Assembly (NCBI GenBank): GCA_964016885.1
Contig: OZ024744.1
Coordinates: 83,142,001 to 83,206,000, forward strand
DNA: 64,000 nucleotides
Source: Eledone cirrhosa
Lineage: Eukaryota
Direction of reading: 5' to 3'
This document shows positions 44,018-57,606 of the stretch, in pieces (within the stretch, counting starts at the first letter, position 1; every line of letters starts with the position of its first letter). Under the pieces are notes generated by a model. It saw nothing but the letters and a program-made list of their open reading frames with translations, was not told where the DNA came from and did no database searches. The position numbers and the translations under genes were made by a program.

Positions 44018-44430
44018 AGAACAAAAGATGGTTAAAAGAGTTCCATGTATTTTATTATGCGCATTTCAAAAACAAATATCATGCAATAATATTTGTGTTT
44101 TCATCAGATAAAACAGGAAGACATGATATGAAGGTTAAAAAACACTTGTGGATAGTGCAGTTTTAAATCAACATATGTTATGTTGATTTAAAACTGCACT
44201 ATCCACAAGTGTTTTTTAACCTTCATATCATGTCTTCCTGTTTTATCTGATGAAAACACAAATATTATTGCATGATGATATTTGTTTTTGAAATGCGCAT
44301 AATAAAATACATGGAACTTTTTTAACCATCTTTTGTTCTTTTATATTATGTATACTCCAGTCCTACAAACTGTAGAATGCTTCTCATCCGATATCTGCAT
44401 TGCTTTATTGTACTACAATAAAACTCACCT

Positions 44431-44432
<2 letters not shown>
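44012..44432 (+). mobile_element. Foldback family A: ~330 bp palindrome plus tail, with hammerheads on both strands
   Basis: Arms meet at about 44176. Hammerhead at 44241-44307 (+) and its mirror at about 44050-44112 (-). Confidence 0.85.
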
Positions 44433-44463
<31 letters not shown>

Positions 44464-44465
<2 letters not shown>

Positions 44466-47450
44466 TCTTTTACTCTTTTACTCTTTTACCTGTTCCAGCC
44501 ATCCGACTGGGGCCATGCTGGGGCACCGCTCTTGTTGCTACACATTTTATCTCCAGCCTGTATTGGTTGGCTACTGGTGTAAGAGGGAGTTTGTAGCTGC
44601 TGCCCTAAGATTTCCCTCGTGTCTTGCTGTGGGCTCATCCGGGATCTTGGATAGCAAGGTGTCGAGATGTTTCTTGAAGACATCCACCTCCATACCATGC
44701 AGATCTCTCAGATGCCTCGGCATCTTGTTGAAGAGTTGAAGGCCCTTCAATCCCAGGCTATTGCAATATCTTATTATAGATGTGGAAGACGGGACCTTTG
44801 GCACCATACAGTGCCTTCCGGTCCACCTCCCAATGCTAAAGTTTGGTGCTAGTCCCTCCAGGATGTTCCACATGTAGATCACTGCGTATCTCTCCGGTCT
44901 TCGTTCCAAGGAGTAGAGGTTCAGTTCTTTCAGCCTCTCCCAGTAGCTTATCTCCCTCATCGTGGCAATCCTCTTGGTGTAGCCTCGCTGGATTGCCTCG
45001 AGCTCCGTGGTTAGTTTGACACTATGAGGTGACCACAACTGGGAGCAATAGTCCAGGCGGCTTAGGACAAATGTCTTCCATAGTGTCAACATGGTGTCTC
45101 GGTCTCTTGTCCGGATAGTCCTCAAGATCCAGCCAGCATGTCGTCTGCACATTGTCGCCACTTTCATGATGTGTGAAGAAAAAGATGCATCATCGCTCAT
45201 GTCTATACCCAGGTCTCGTATCAATTTTGACACTGGGATATCGGTCCCTCCTGGTCATGTGTAACTGCGCTGTACAGTATTTGTGTTTGCAGGCTTGTGT
45301 TGTCGGGCTTGGAATTTGTTAGCATTGAACTGCATGTTGTTGTCTTTCACCCATTTGTATATGGCATCCAGCTCTTGTTGTAAAAGGGCAGCGTCAGCCG
45401 GGTTTTTGATTGCCTGTGCTACCTTAGTGTCATCAGCATAGCTAGTGAGGGATATTGTTGTATGTACTACAGAGGGCATGTCTGAGAGAGCCACCAAAAA
45501 CAGTAGTGATCCCAGGACTGTCCCTTGGGGCACCCCACTTGTTATTGGTGTTTCCTTTGAGAGGGCCCCGTCTGCTGCGACTGTCTGGCTTCTGTCCTTT
45601 AAGAAGTGATGCAGCCACTCACCTACTTTTCCAGTTATGCCGAGTCCGTGTAGTTTGTGACATATCATTCCGTGGTCGACCTTGTCAAAGGCCTTCGCAA
45701 AGTCAAGATATATCACGTCCACATGTGAGCTGTCTAGCAGTTGTTTCAGTACTCAGTCGTAGTGATGTAGCAGCTGTGTAAGGCAGCTTCTTCTAGGGTG
45801 GAAGCCATGTTGCGTGCTAGTCAGGGGGTCATTTTACTCGAGGAAAGTGATCAGTTTCTTTCTGACGACTCGCTCCATGACCTTACTGAGATGCGACGTC
45901 AGGGAGATTGGCCTATAGTTTTTGGCCTCCGCTCTGCCACCTCCTTTATGGATAGGGCATATTATGCCTTCTTTCATCTCCCTGGGTAGTATACCGCTAG
46001 CCAAGGAGCTTCTGAAGAACATCTACAGTGGAGTTGCTAAGGCTCGCTTACATGTTTTTAAGAGCACTGCTGGGAATCCATCAGGCCCAGCAGCTGAGTC
46101 TGTTCTAATTTCATCTATGGCGTACACCACATCCTCCTCCGTTATGTCTATGTGGTTGATGGTCGCCATTTTCTCATGTAGTGTTGTGGCATCAAAGAAC
46201 TCCTCTGGCTTTGTTATTTGCATGTGCCTCTTTGGACATGTAAACACACTTTTGTACTGTTCGTTCAGTATTTCACATATCTCTTGGGGATTCTCGGTTA
46301 ATGAACCGTCTGTATGGAAGAGTGGCCCAATCTTGCAGTGTACCGAGGTAGTTTCTTTTGCAAATTTAAAGAAGGCCTTAGGGTTTGTTTTAATGTTTCT
46401 ATGGCCCTGCTTTCTTTCTTTGCCCTCGCATTTTCATGGGAAAGTCTGAGTGCAATCTCGGTGCCAAGTAGTGCACGTTTCAAATATGATTCCTTCTTGT
46501 TTTTGTTTTCTTGTTGTGCATTCAACTGGTTTGAGAGCTTGGTTCTACGTCTCATAAGGATTTTCCTATCTCTGGGAATAAGATTTTTGTGTCTTTTTGC
46601 CTTTTTCTCCGGGACAAACTTTTTGCATATAGCGTGTATCATTGTCATGAAGTGTTGAAATTGTGTGTTGGTGTCTTGTGTGGCGGTGTTTTCGCTCCAT
46701 GTTTGCTTCCGGATTTCTCTCTTGATCTTTTTCCAGTTAGCCTTGTAGAAGTTAAGGCTGGATAACATCCCGGTGCTTCTTGATGGTTTTGTCTCTGTTG
46801 GTTCTGTCGGACCACATATCATTAGTTCTACTAAGTTATAATCCGAGAAAATTGTTGGTGTCAGCTTTACATTATGGATGAGCACTTTGTTGTTTGTAAA
46901 ACAGAGGTCCAGGACATTTTCGCCTCTTTTTGGGAGGAGTATTGCTTGTTCCATGAACAGCCTGTGTGTGAGGGCCAGCAGGGATTCCGTCTGTCTCTGT
47001 TCTATTGACGTCATTCCAGGTAGGAGGTGGCCTCAGGCCATTTGACATTTGGTAGGTTGAAATATCCCAGCAGTAGAATGTTGAGGCCCTGGTCCAGTTT
47101 GTCAAGGACTTCTTCTATCCTACTGAGGCTATCCTCAAATTTACCCTCATGACTGGGGGCATCGGACGGTCGATATGTGACACATATTACTGTCTTTAAT
47201 TGCATCATATGTACTATCAGTGTGTCACAGACTGAGTTTGAATGTGTCAACAGTACAATTGGTGTGACATCTTCACGGATATACAGAGCAACCCCACCAT
47301 GAGTTCTCTCCTTCCTGTCCGAACGAAATACAGTATATTTCGGTATATGTATTTCTGCATCTGCTATACTTCTTGTCAGGTCCGTTTCGGTTAGTGCCAT
47401 AATGCTTGACTGCTTATGGCTAGGTCTCCCAGGTAGGAAATTTTACTCAT
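44464..47450 (-). mobile_element. CR1-like LINE (APE plus RT), disrupted
   Basis: ALTET, HGGVALY, YRP, LDLCFTN, AAGPDG, NYRPISLTS, DVIYLDFAKAFDKVDH, SGVPQG, YADDTK, LDYCSQLWSP. (GAGTAAAA)n 3' tail. Confidence 0.92.
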
Positions 47451-47506
47451 ATATATTTACACTATATATAAATTTGTGTGCATGCGTGCGTGTGTGTGTG
47501 TGACTG

Positions 47507-47544
<38 letters not shown>

Positions 47545-47555
47545 TTTATATATAT

Positions 47556-48205
47556 ATACATTATGAAGAGAGAAGAAACATTTAGATATAATTAGTAATA
47601 AAATGTATCATACCTAAACTGCTTCTAGATTCCTCGACTACGTAGTTTCGTGGCATAAACAAAAACAATACATCATAAAGATATAGAGTCCTTGCGAGGT
47701 CTGCCGACTTATCAAGAGGATACCTCATTTTACTAGCCTCAAGAACGCGTCTACACGACGTGAGAAAGAATCCCAAAAGGCCGAGGGGGAGATAGTCACG
47801 CGATATAACGGTCGAGAAACAGAGCTAAGCCTCTTATAACCCCGAAGAAAATACCACGACGGCGGAGGGGGTATTTATATCGAAGCCGTAGAAGAGGTGG
47901 TGAAGGGGACGAGAAGTATGAGTAATGGCAGCTTTCCAGCAGTCACCACACTTCAAAGATTACTCAACCAGAGGGAGTTATTAACAATATATTTAGAAAC
48001 ACACAGATACATGCGGACACACACATATACATGAATGCATCCACACCCAACCGTGAGTTAAGGGTGCCAACCTCACCGATGTTGCTCAATGAATGACTGG
48101 GACAGACCAATCCGGTTGAACTAGACTGAACCAGTATCAGAGTTAAAAATACATTATGAAGAGAGAAGAAACATTTAGATATAATTAGTAATAAAATGTA
48201 TCATA

Positions 48206-48209
<4 letters not shown>
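47556..48209 (-). mobile_element. Partial-tandem pLTR-like element (60 bp direct repeats at 47556 and 48149) with a U3:A8 hammerhead at 47631-47720
   Basis: tcctc-TTGATAA-gtcggca..tgccac-GAAA-ctacgtag-TC-gagga on the minus strand. Confidence 0.72.
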
Positions 48210-48241
<32 letters not shown>

Positions 48242-48247
48242 TATATG

Positions 48248-48303
<56 letters not shown>

Positions 48304-48307
48304 TATA

Positions 48308-48492
48308 ACTGTTTCTACTTGTTGGTACAAGGCCACCATTACTCAGTGTATTACTGGTACTTTATTTTATAGACCCCTTAAGGATGAAAGGCAAAGTTAA
48401 CCTCGGCGGGAATTGAACTCAGAATGGCAAGGGCCGTAACACCATGTGTCAAAGAATGGTGTCCGTTCCTCTACCGATACTGACAATCCAGC
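48308..48492 (-). mobile_element. tRNA-derived SINE
   Basis: SINE consensus. Confidence 0.88.
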
Positions 48493-48499
48493 ATATATA

Positions 48500-48771
48500 T
48501 AACGAAGGAAGTGTGGAAAGGAACCAGATGGACCCTAACGCAGCAGTGTACTCAATACTTAGGGTAGTAGTGCGGGTAATAGGAAAATGTTCAATACCCG
48601 GACGGCAGTGCTGAGGCCTTTTCCACTGCTATTTCCAGAAATAGCCGTCGAAACGGCTTGAGCTCTGCCGTCGGAGTCTTGAACATTTTCATGTTACCCA
48701 CACTACTACCTTAAGTATTGAGTACACTGCTGCGTTGGGGTCCATCTGGTTCTTTTCCACACTTCCTTCGT

Positions 48772-48772
<1 letters not shown>
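48500..48772. mobile_element. Foldback family B, fully symmetric (both arms carry the tail)
   Basis: aacgaaggaagtgtggaaa.. and ..tttccacacttccttcgtt, flanked by TA repeats. Confidence 0.85.
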
Positions 48773-48825
<53 letters not shown>

Positions 48826-49030
48826 CACTCACACACAAGCGCACGCATACACAAATATGTATATATATATATATATATATATTGTTCAAAATATTAATAA
48901 ATGGATACATGAACATAATCAAAATATATGTTTTATTACATATATTACGGAGGTACTGTGTTGTTTTTACAGTACGTCTTCATCAGATATATATATCCTA
49001 GTTCTATTCCTGTAGAAGCTTTTCTATATT

Positions 49031-49118
<88 letters not shown>

Positions 49119-49529
49119 AATTTAACAGTTCTATTCCTGTAGAAGCTTTTCTATATTATATATATATATATATATAATATAGAAAAGCTTCTACAGGAAT
49201 AGAACTGTTAAATTCGTGAGAAATCATAAGGAAGCTGACTGTCCAAGTAATATGGTGGTAATTATATATTTTCTGGTCGTAGGAGAGGCGGGTGATTGGG
49301 ATGGGTGGAGATCATTGGTTGATGGGTTTAAAGAAAAGGGAAGTCTTTATATATATATACATATGCATATGTATGCTTATATATATATGCAAATATATAT
49401 GCATATATATATATATGTATATATATATATGCATATATATTTACATATATATATATGCATGCATATTCATATATATATATATATATGCATATGTATGCAT
49501 ATATATGTAAATATATATGTAAATATATA

Positions 49530-49589
<60 letters not shown>

Positions 49590-49842
49590 TGAGATTCTAC
49601 AGGCCTAGAACTGTATCATTCTTTAGAAATCATCAGGAACTTTTATACTCTGCTATGTATTGGGTACCTTATTTACTGTGGTTACCTCCGATTCAACCCG
49701 GAATAACGTACCTATATATATATATATTTACATATATATATATACTTATATGTATATACATATGCATATATAATATATATATACTGTATACATATATATA
49801 TATAAAATGAGGTAAATATATATATATATATTTTTTTTTTTT

Positions 49843-50090
49843 CTAGGGCGGGTAAAATTTCCGAGATCCATGGACGAGTTCTCTCCAGCGGTCTCTGTCC
49901 CTCATTATCGCTGCCATCTCCTGCGTCTCCAACAGACCAGTGTCTGTCCTTAGGGCTTCAACATACGTTAACCTTGGTCTTCCTCTTCCAGTGTGTCCAT
50001 GTAGGGGCTCCCACAGGAGCAATGAGTGCAATGTCAACTCTGGTTGTCGGTGTGCATGTCCAGCTAAACTCAGTCTCCTCTGTGTCACTT
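49843..50090 (-). mobile_element. RTE-like LINE 3' end with poly(A)
   Basis: RRLSLAGH..LLWEP..GRGRPRLTYVE..MRDRDRW, followed by a poly(A) tail. Confidence 0.8.
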
Positions 50091-50302
50091 TTGAGCTCTG
50101 CAGTCGGGGTCTTGAACATTTTCCTATATATATATATATATATAAATATATAGCTGTTTAAACATAATGTTATAACTCTAAGGTAAAATACCTTATTGAG
50201 TGCTTAGCTGTTCATTCTGATTGCATTCGTTAGCTTAGCTGCAGCCAGAGCTTCGATTATGCTGTACTTCCATTGGTATATATATATATATATGATAGAG
50301 TG

Positions 50303-50520
50303 AAGGCGTGTGGCTGAGTGGTTAGAGAATTGGATTCACAATCTTGAGGTTGTGAGTTCGATTCGTGGACCGGGCAATGCGTTATGTCCTTGGGCAAGAC
50401 ACTTTATTTCACGTTGTTCCTTCTACCTGGAGTTGCGACCGATAGATAGTACTAGCAACTGGAAAGACCGACGGAAACATTGTTTCCTCGGTCCGATTAT
50501 ACGAAAGTCGATCGATTAAA
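50303..50520 (+). mobile_element. tRNA-derived SINE, second family
   Basis: A box tggctgagtggtt, B box gagttcgattc, then gtccttgggcaagacacttta. Confidence 0.75.
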
Positions 50521-50534
50521 AAAAATATATATAT

Positions 50535-50886
50535 ATAATAGAAAGTGAGGTTTTTTTTACAAAATGAAAAATAACAGAGGTATCCAACACGAATGAAAGT
50601 ATAAGAAAAAAAGATATAATCGAAAAGGCAACTGAAGTCTTTCTTTTTTTAAATATATATATTTATTTGGTTCCCTTACCGGTTTCGCAGTTCTTCTGCT
50701 TTTCAAATGTAGAGTTCAGATGGAGGGTCTGTGGTTTTTCTCATGATGTGAGAAAAACCAGAGACCCTCCATCTCAACTCTACTTTTGAAAAGCAGAAGA
50801 ACAGCGAAACCGGTAAAGGAACCAAATAATTATATATATATTTTATAAAAAAAGACTCCAGTTGCCTTTTTGATTACATCTTTTTT

Positions 50887-50890
<4 letters not shown>
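50535..50890. mobile_element. Foldback element (palindrome about 50605-50890) with a U3:A8 hammerhead-like motif at 50783-50818
   Basis: ctt-TTGAAAA-gc..gc-GAAA-ccgg-TA-aag, mirrored on the minus strand. Confidence 0.75.
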
Positions 50891-50980
<90 letters not shown>

Positions 50981-51035
50981 TATATATATATGTATGTATT
51001 TATATATATATATATTTGTATATATATATATACCC

Positions 51036-51067
<32 letters not shown>

Positions 51068-51092
51068 TTATATATATATATGTATATATATT

Positions 51093-51148
<56 letters not shown>

Positions 51149-51149
51149 A

Positions 51150-51241
<92 letters not shown>

Positions 51242-51424
51242 GTATTTATATATATATATATATTTGTATATATATATTGTTATACGTTGGGAGGGTCATG
51301 TTGCCAATAAGAAACACACGCACCAGTTGTTTCGCTTCAATTTATTATGAATTAAATTTATAAATTTATGAATTTATAAATTTCCGAATATAAAAGAATA
51401 GAGGTGTAACACACACGTTATTAT

Positions 51425-51815
51425 ATATTGGTAAACGGAATAGAAAATGCTGACAAATTGTTCACAGTTGAATAATGGTTTAATTAGGAATAAAAGAGTA
51501 TTAGTGATTGTATAGGTTAGTATTCAGTTGTGGTTTTAAGTTTTTAAGTTTTTACCGGTTGCGCATTTCTAAATGCTTTTCAAAAATAATTTTGAGATAG
51601 AGTGTCCGTGCTGTTTGCTCTGATCAGAGCAAACAGCACGGAGACTCTATCTCAAAATTATTTTTGAAAAGCATTTAGAAATGCGCAACCGGTAAAAACT
51701 TAAAAACTTAAAACCACAACTGAATACTAACCTATACAATCACTAATACTCTTTTATTCCTAATTAAACCATTTTTCAACTGTGAACAATTTGTCAGCAT
51801 TTTCTATTCCGTTTA

Positions 51816-51822
<7 letters not shown>
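51425..51822. mobile_element. ~400 bp near-perfect palindrome with a variant hammerhead-like motif at 51661-51697 (partial copy at 62020-62150)
   Basis: Centre tgatca at 51621-51626. ttt-TTGAAAA-gcattt/aaatgc-GCAA-ccgg-TA-aaa. Confidence 0.78.
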
Positions 51823-51853
<31 letters not shown>

Positions 51854-52099
51854 TACACACACACTCACACACACACAAACGCACGCATGCAGACAAATAT
51901 ATCTATATATATATATATCTATATATATAGTGAGAGAAAAAGAGACATACATATATACGTGCGCCTGTATATATTTATATAAATAGATAAATAAATAAAT
52001 AATTAAATGTGTGTGTGTGTGTGTCTGTGTGGTTGTCTGTGTCCAATCCTGTGTGCGTGCATGCGTTTATATATATATATATATAATATAATATAATAT

Positions 52100-52379
52100 A
52101 CGATCAAAACATGGTTAAAAGAGTTCCATGTATTTTATCATGCGCATTTCAAAAACAAATATCATCATGAGATGACATTTGCGTTTTCGTCAGATAAAAT
52201 AGGGAGACATGATATGAAGGTTAAAAAACACTTGTGACTGGTGCAGTTTTAAATCAACATATCATTTATACTATATTATTTATACTATATTTTTTATACT
52301 CCAGTCACACAAACTGTAGAGTGCTACTTATCCGATATCTGCATTGCTTTATTGTACTAAAATAAATCTCACCTCCTAC

Positions 52380-52380
<1 letters not shown>
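52100..52380. mobile_element. Family A: minus-strand pLTR (52100-52263) joined to a plus-strand tail
   Basis: Homologous to 44012-44432, with a CTGACGA core on the minus strand. Confidence 0.82.
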
Positions 52381-52411
<31 letters not shown>

Positions 52412-52683
52412 GTTATAGGCTGATCAGTGGCAGGGCGCTGACCGAAGTCATAGTACAGACGTTTGGTAATATTGATGGTAGATATTATATTTCTATGTAA
52501 CTAGACTTTGGTTTTCATTGTCTCCCTCCTTCAGTTAATTAATCACTCTATACACGATATTTTTCATTTTTATTGAATATTCTCGGAATTATTTTCGCCT
52601 TCTAGAATAATTCTTATTTCCATCGTGCAGTATTTATTCATTTTATCTATCATCCGTCTAACTATCATATCTCTTAACCTATC

Positions 52684-52825
<142 letters not shown>

Positions 52826-53442
52826 GAGACGTATAGAGATTGTTTTAGCAAGAAGCTAACGGCATTCTATAACATATATGCGACTATAACGTCAAGATGG
52901 GAAAAGTAGTTAACGAAAGATTTAGGAAAAATAACTCAAACTCATCTCAAAAGAGAATCAGGATACAAATTCATCCACAGAATTTAGTAAAATCCATGGA
53001 AAAATCTATAGACCTTTAACTCATGATAAAACAAAGTTTGAAACACTTATCCTTCAATTTGGAATAACATCAAATGCTCTGTATAGTCTTAAAAGACTAT
53101 TTCATGAAAACTTTCAGTGGAGATGGTCACGGTTGGAATATCATTCATCAGCAGAGCTCAACAGAAAACCAGGGCTCTCACAGTAATATAGTCCGAAAAA
53201 GGGAATTCTAAAACTGGCTAGTTCGCCTTCATGTGTATTTATGAAAAAGCACATGAGGAAAAAACGGGGCTAGTGACGTCAGGATGGAAGTGAATGTTTA
53301 TTTACAAGAAATAGCAGTCAAATACATTCTGAAAAAAAACTCTACAAGGAGTTCAGCAAAATAGCAATAATTAACACAGTTTTTATGAAAAAAACCGGGA
53401 TTAGTCACAGATAGTTTAAGCACTCTAGGAAAAGAATCCGAG

Positions 53443-53498
<56 letters not shown>

Positions 53499-53502
<4 letters not shown>

Positions 53503-53905
53503 AACGAGTAGAACCACGACGGCTGAGCTCAAGCCGTTTCGACGGCTAATTCTGGACTAAATGAAAAATTTTATCCTGGTATTTGAATAGCCGAGCTTCT
53601 CTAGGGGTAATTCCATATATGGTAAAAGTGATTGTCACAAGAATTGGTCAAAAGTTTGTTGTTGAGACATAATAATTCTATGATGGCAATTTGTGGAGGG
53701 AAGGGGTAGCTGAACCTGCCTAGAGAAGCTCGGCTATTCAAATACCAGTATAAAAATGTTCATTTAGTCCAGAATTAGCCGTCGAAATGGCTTGAGCTCA
53801 GCCGTCGGGGTCCTACTCGTTCCTATTATCCACTCTACTACCCTAAGTATTGAGTACTTTGGTGCGTTATGGTCCACCTTGTTCCTTACCACATTTCCTC
53901 CGTTA
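53499..53905. mobile_element. Foldback family B, longest copy: arms 53499-53604 and 53719-53825, spacer and tail
   Basis: Inverted arms between (TA)n tracts. Confidence 0.85.
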
Positions 53906-53993
53906 TATATATATATATATATATATATGTATAGTTACACACACACACACACTCACACTCACACACACACACAGCACGCACACAAACTCGCTA

Positions 53994-54071
<78 letters not shown>

Positions 54072-54204
54072 ACGTGATCCCGATTATCGGTTCGGGTGGC
54101 GCTTCGTCTCCACTTTGAGCATGACACTTTACTTTTCGAACAGGTAGTACAGTTGATTGAACCAACTGAAGAAGAGTCCATTTGACACTACGGAGCGTGC
54201 CTCC

Positions 54205-54447
<243 letters not shown>

Positions 54448-54977
54448 TAAATATATATGTTTGTGTACGTCAGTTTTTATAAACAAGTAGTTTAAAATGT
54501 CCGAAGGGAATGCCCTGCATTTGCTGTCTGAATAAGATGTGACTAACTTAGCAATTTCAAAACAGAAACTTCCTTTGCGCAAATTACAATACTTTGTTGT
54601 GTATACATTGTGAAAAACATACAGCGCAGTGAACTGATATAGGCTGAGATAGCAAGGTCGTTGCTGTTACTAAGCTGGTATAAAGAAAGCTGTCATTGTT
54701 GCTACATAGTTTTAAAATGATACGAAAAATTTGATTAGCTTAGACTATAAGAATTATCTCCCTTGCCTGATTCTCATCGTTTGAACAGCCCTAAACAGTT
54801 TAGATCCTGATAGTGATTTAAAATCTTTTCATTCGTTATATACACTACATGTATATATATGTATATATATATTAAAGCGATGAAATGCCTATGATGGTTG
54901 GAAGATCACTGATGAAGGACAAACTTTTTTCATATGTAACCCATTTGCAACTCCGCAGCGCCCTTATTATCATATTT

Positions 54978-55021
<44 letters not shown>

Positions 55022-55518
55022 TTATACATATATATATATTCAAAATAAGGAGTACACAGGACAAAGCCAATGGAAAAATTATATAGTAATTACTACAGGC
55101 GATACCTTTCATTCCAGTGCAAATTACACAATACATAAAGTGCGCAAGAGTTTAGCCAGAGCAGAAAAATATTGAAAAAAGGGAAATAGTAAAACAGAAG
55201 AGAATAAGCACTGTAGACCCACGTGTAGAGATAGAAAGACACTGAGTCCTCGGAAAGGGAAGAAAGGAAAAATAGAGGAAAACAGGGCGCGGGATGTAAT
55301 GTCTACTACATGATAGTTTCAAATCTCGTATGACTCAGTCTTTAGAAAATATATATTCAAAATAAGGAGCGTACTGTACCACATCGACGTCCCTTCGATT
55401 TTTCTTATTTCTCCTTTTTTTATGGAGGATTAGCGTCCGAAACGCTAAGACTCTTTTCCTGCTATTTCGAGCTTTAACCTAATATATTCCTTGTGTTGTT
55501 ATTTCTGTTTACCTTTTG

Positions 55519-55575
<57 letters not shown>

Positions 55576-55933
55576 CGAAGAGGGTGTGGTAAGTAATATT
55601 CTCTTCATTCTCGAAAACTCCGATGAACTGACTGGTTATAACTTTGTATTGGCGATCGAGTAACGCGAAAATAAGCGGATAGCGATCTCTAGACCTACCA
55701 TTTCAGAGAAACAATTGTCAGCAATGAGATTAAAAACCTTTTTTGTATAGCAAACTGTGTCACTCTTCTTTCCTGATTTATTATTACTCCAAGTGTTTAC
55801 AACATAGGAATTACAGCATACTCGCAGCATCACTATGGAAACGCCTTGTTGAGTCAAACTTAGCCAAGCGTTGATATCATCCACTACCCGGAACACCATA
55901 ACTGGACTGCATATAACTATTATTTGTTACCCC

Positions 55934-55982
<49 letters not shown>

Positions 55983-56037
55983 GTAGGAGGTGTGTTTTAT
56001 TGTATATATTGTATATATATATTTATATATATATACG

Positions 56038-56117
<80 letters not shown>

Positions 56118-56342
56118 TATATATAGATATATACATACATAGAAAGATTTATAGATAGATAATATTTATCTATATATATAGTTGTATTTGAAATCCTCTA
56201 GTCTAATAAGCTTTCGATTCCAGAGTTGGGCCCGGCAGTGACTAAATATAGCCTCAGATGATCGATTCGTTAACGCGCGTCAAGAGTGAGTAAAATATGT
56301 GTTAATTTGTTCCCATTTAGTTAATTACTTCCCATTTACTTA

Positions 56343-56382
<40 letters not shown>

Positions 56383-56416
56383 TCACACACACATGTATAT
56401 ATATGTATATATATAT

Positions 56417-56498
<82 letters not shown>

Positions 56499-56573
56499 TT
56501 ATATATATATATGTATGTATATATATACATACATATATACAAATCCACATATACACACACGCAGATATGTACC

Positions 56574-56606
<33 letters not shown>

Positions 56607-56678
56607 GTATATATATGTATATATATATACGTATATGTAAAAGTTATTTATATATATAAATGCATATGTGTATATATA

Positions 56679-56766
<88 letters not shown>

Positions 56767-57067
56767 AAATATATATTTATATATATATGTACATATATAT
56801 AAGTATATATATATTTATATATGTATGTATGTATGTATCTATATATCTGTGTGTGTGTTTGTGCGCATGTATGTATGTGTGCATAACCGTATTTACGGTA
56901 TTCACAAATTTAGTGTACAGACATTGAACGGTTGGATTATTGATAATTGTAATAATAATTAAAAACACAGATGTATCATATGGTACCCCAGTGGAGTAGG
57001 CTTACTGACCCATATACAACAGTGTAATAAAATGATTAACTATTCTGCTGAGAAGAAATCTGGAATG

Positions 57068-57127
<60 letters not shown>

Positions 57128-57130
<3 letters not shown>

Positions 57131-57540
57131 ACAATGAAAGAAAAAGAAAGAACCAGTTCCTCATATAAAAAAATTCATCATTTTACGATCGTTTCTGGGA
57201 TGTATATGTGTGTTGGTATGTATATCATGTTTAAGTTCTATGTAAAAATATTACAAATTATCAGAGAAAATATACATACCTTCACATATACATGCCGTCA
57301 ACACACATATACATCCCTGAAACGATCGTAAAATGATGAATTTTTTTATATAAGGAACTTGTTCTTTGTTTTTATTTCATTGTTTTTATTAATTTTTCTC
57401 GACTCTGTTTACCTATGACTTTTATCGTAAATTTTTTAATGCATCTTCTCTTTTTATGATATCTTCTATATTGGGATTACATTGAGTTCTTCATACGGAT
57501 TGGACACTACCGTATATTTTGGTAGATTTATCTTCATATA
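57128..57540. mobile_element. Foldback element: arms 57128-57215 and 57299-57385, plus tail, with only the hammerhead 3' half
   Basis: GAAA-cgatcg-TA-aaatg is in both arms. No convincing CTGANGA. Confidence 0.7.
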
Positions 57541-57542
57541 TC

Positions 57543-57574
<32 letters not shown>

Positions 57575-57606
57575 CATATACAAATTATTTGTATATATAT
57601 ATATAT

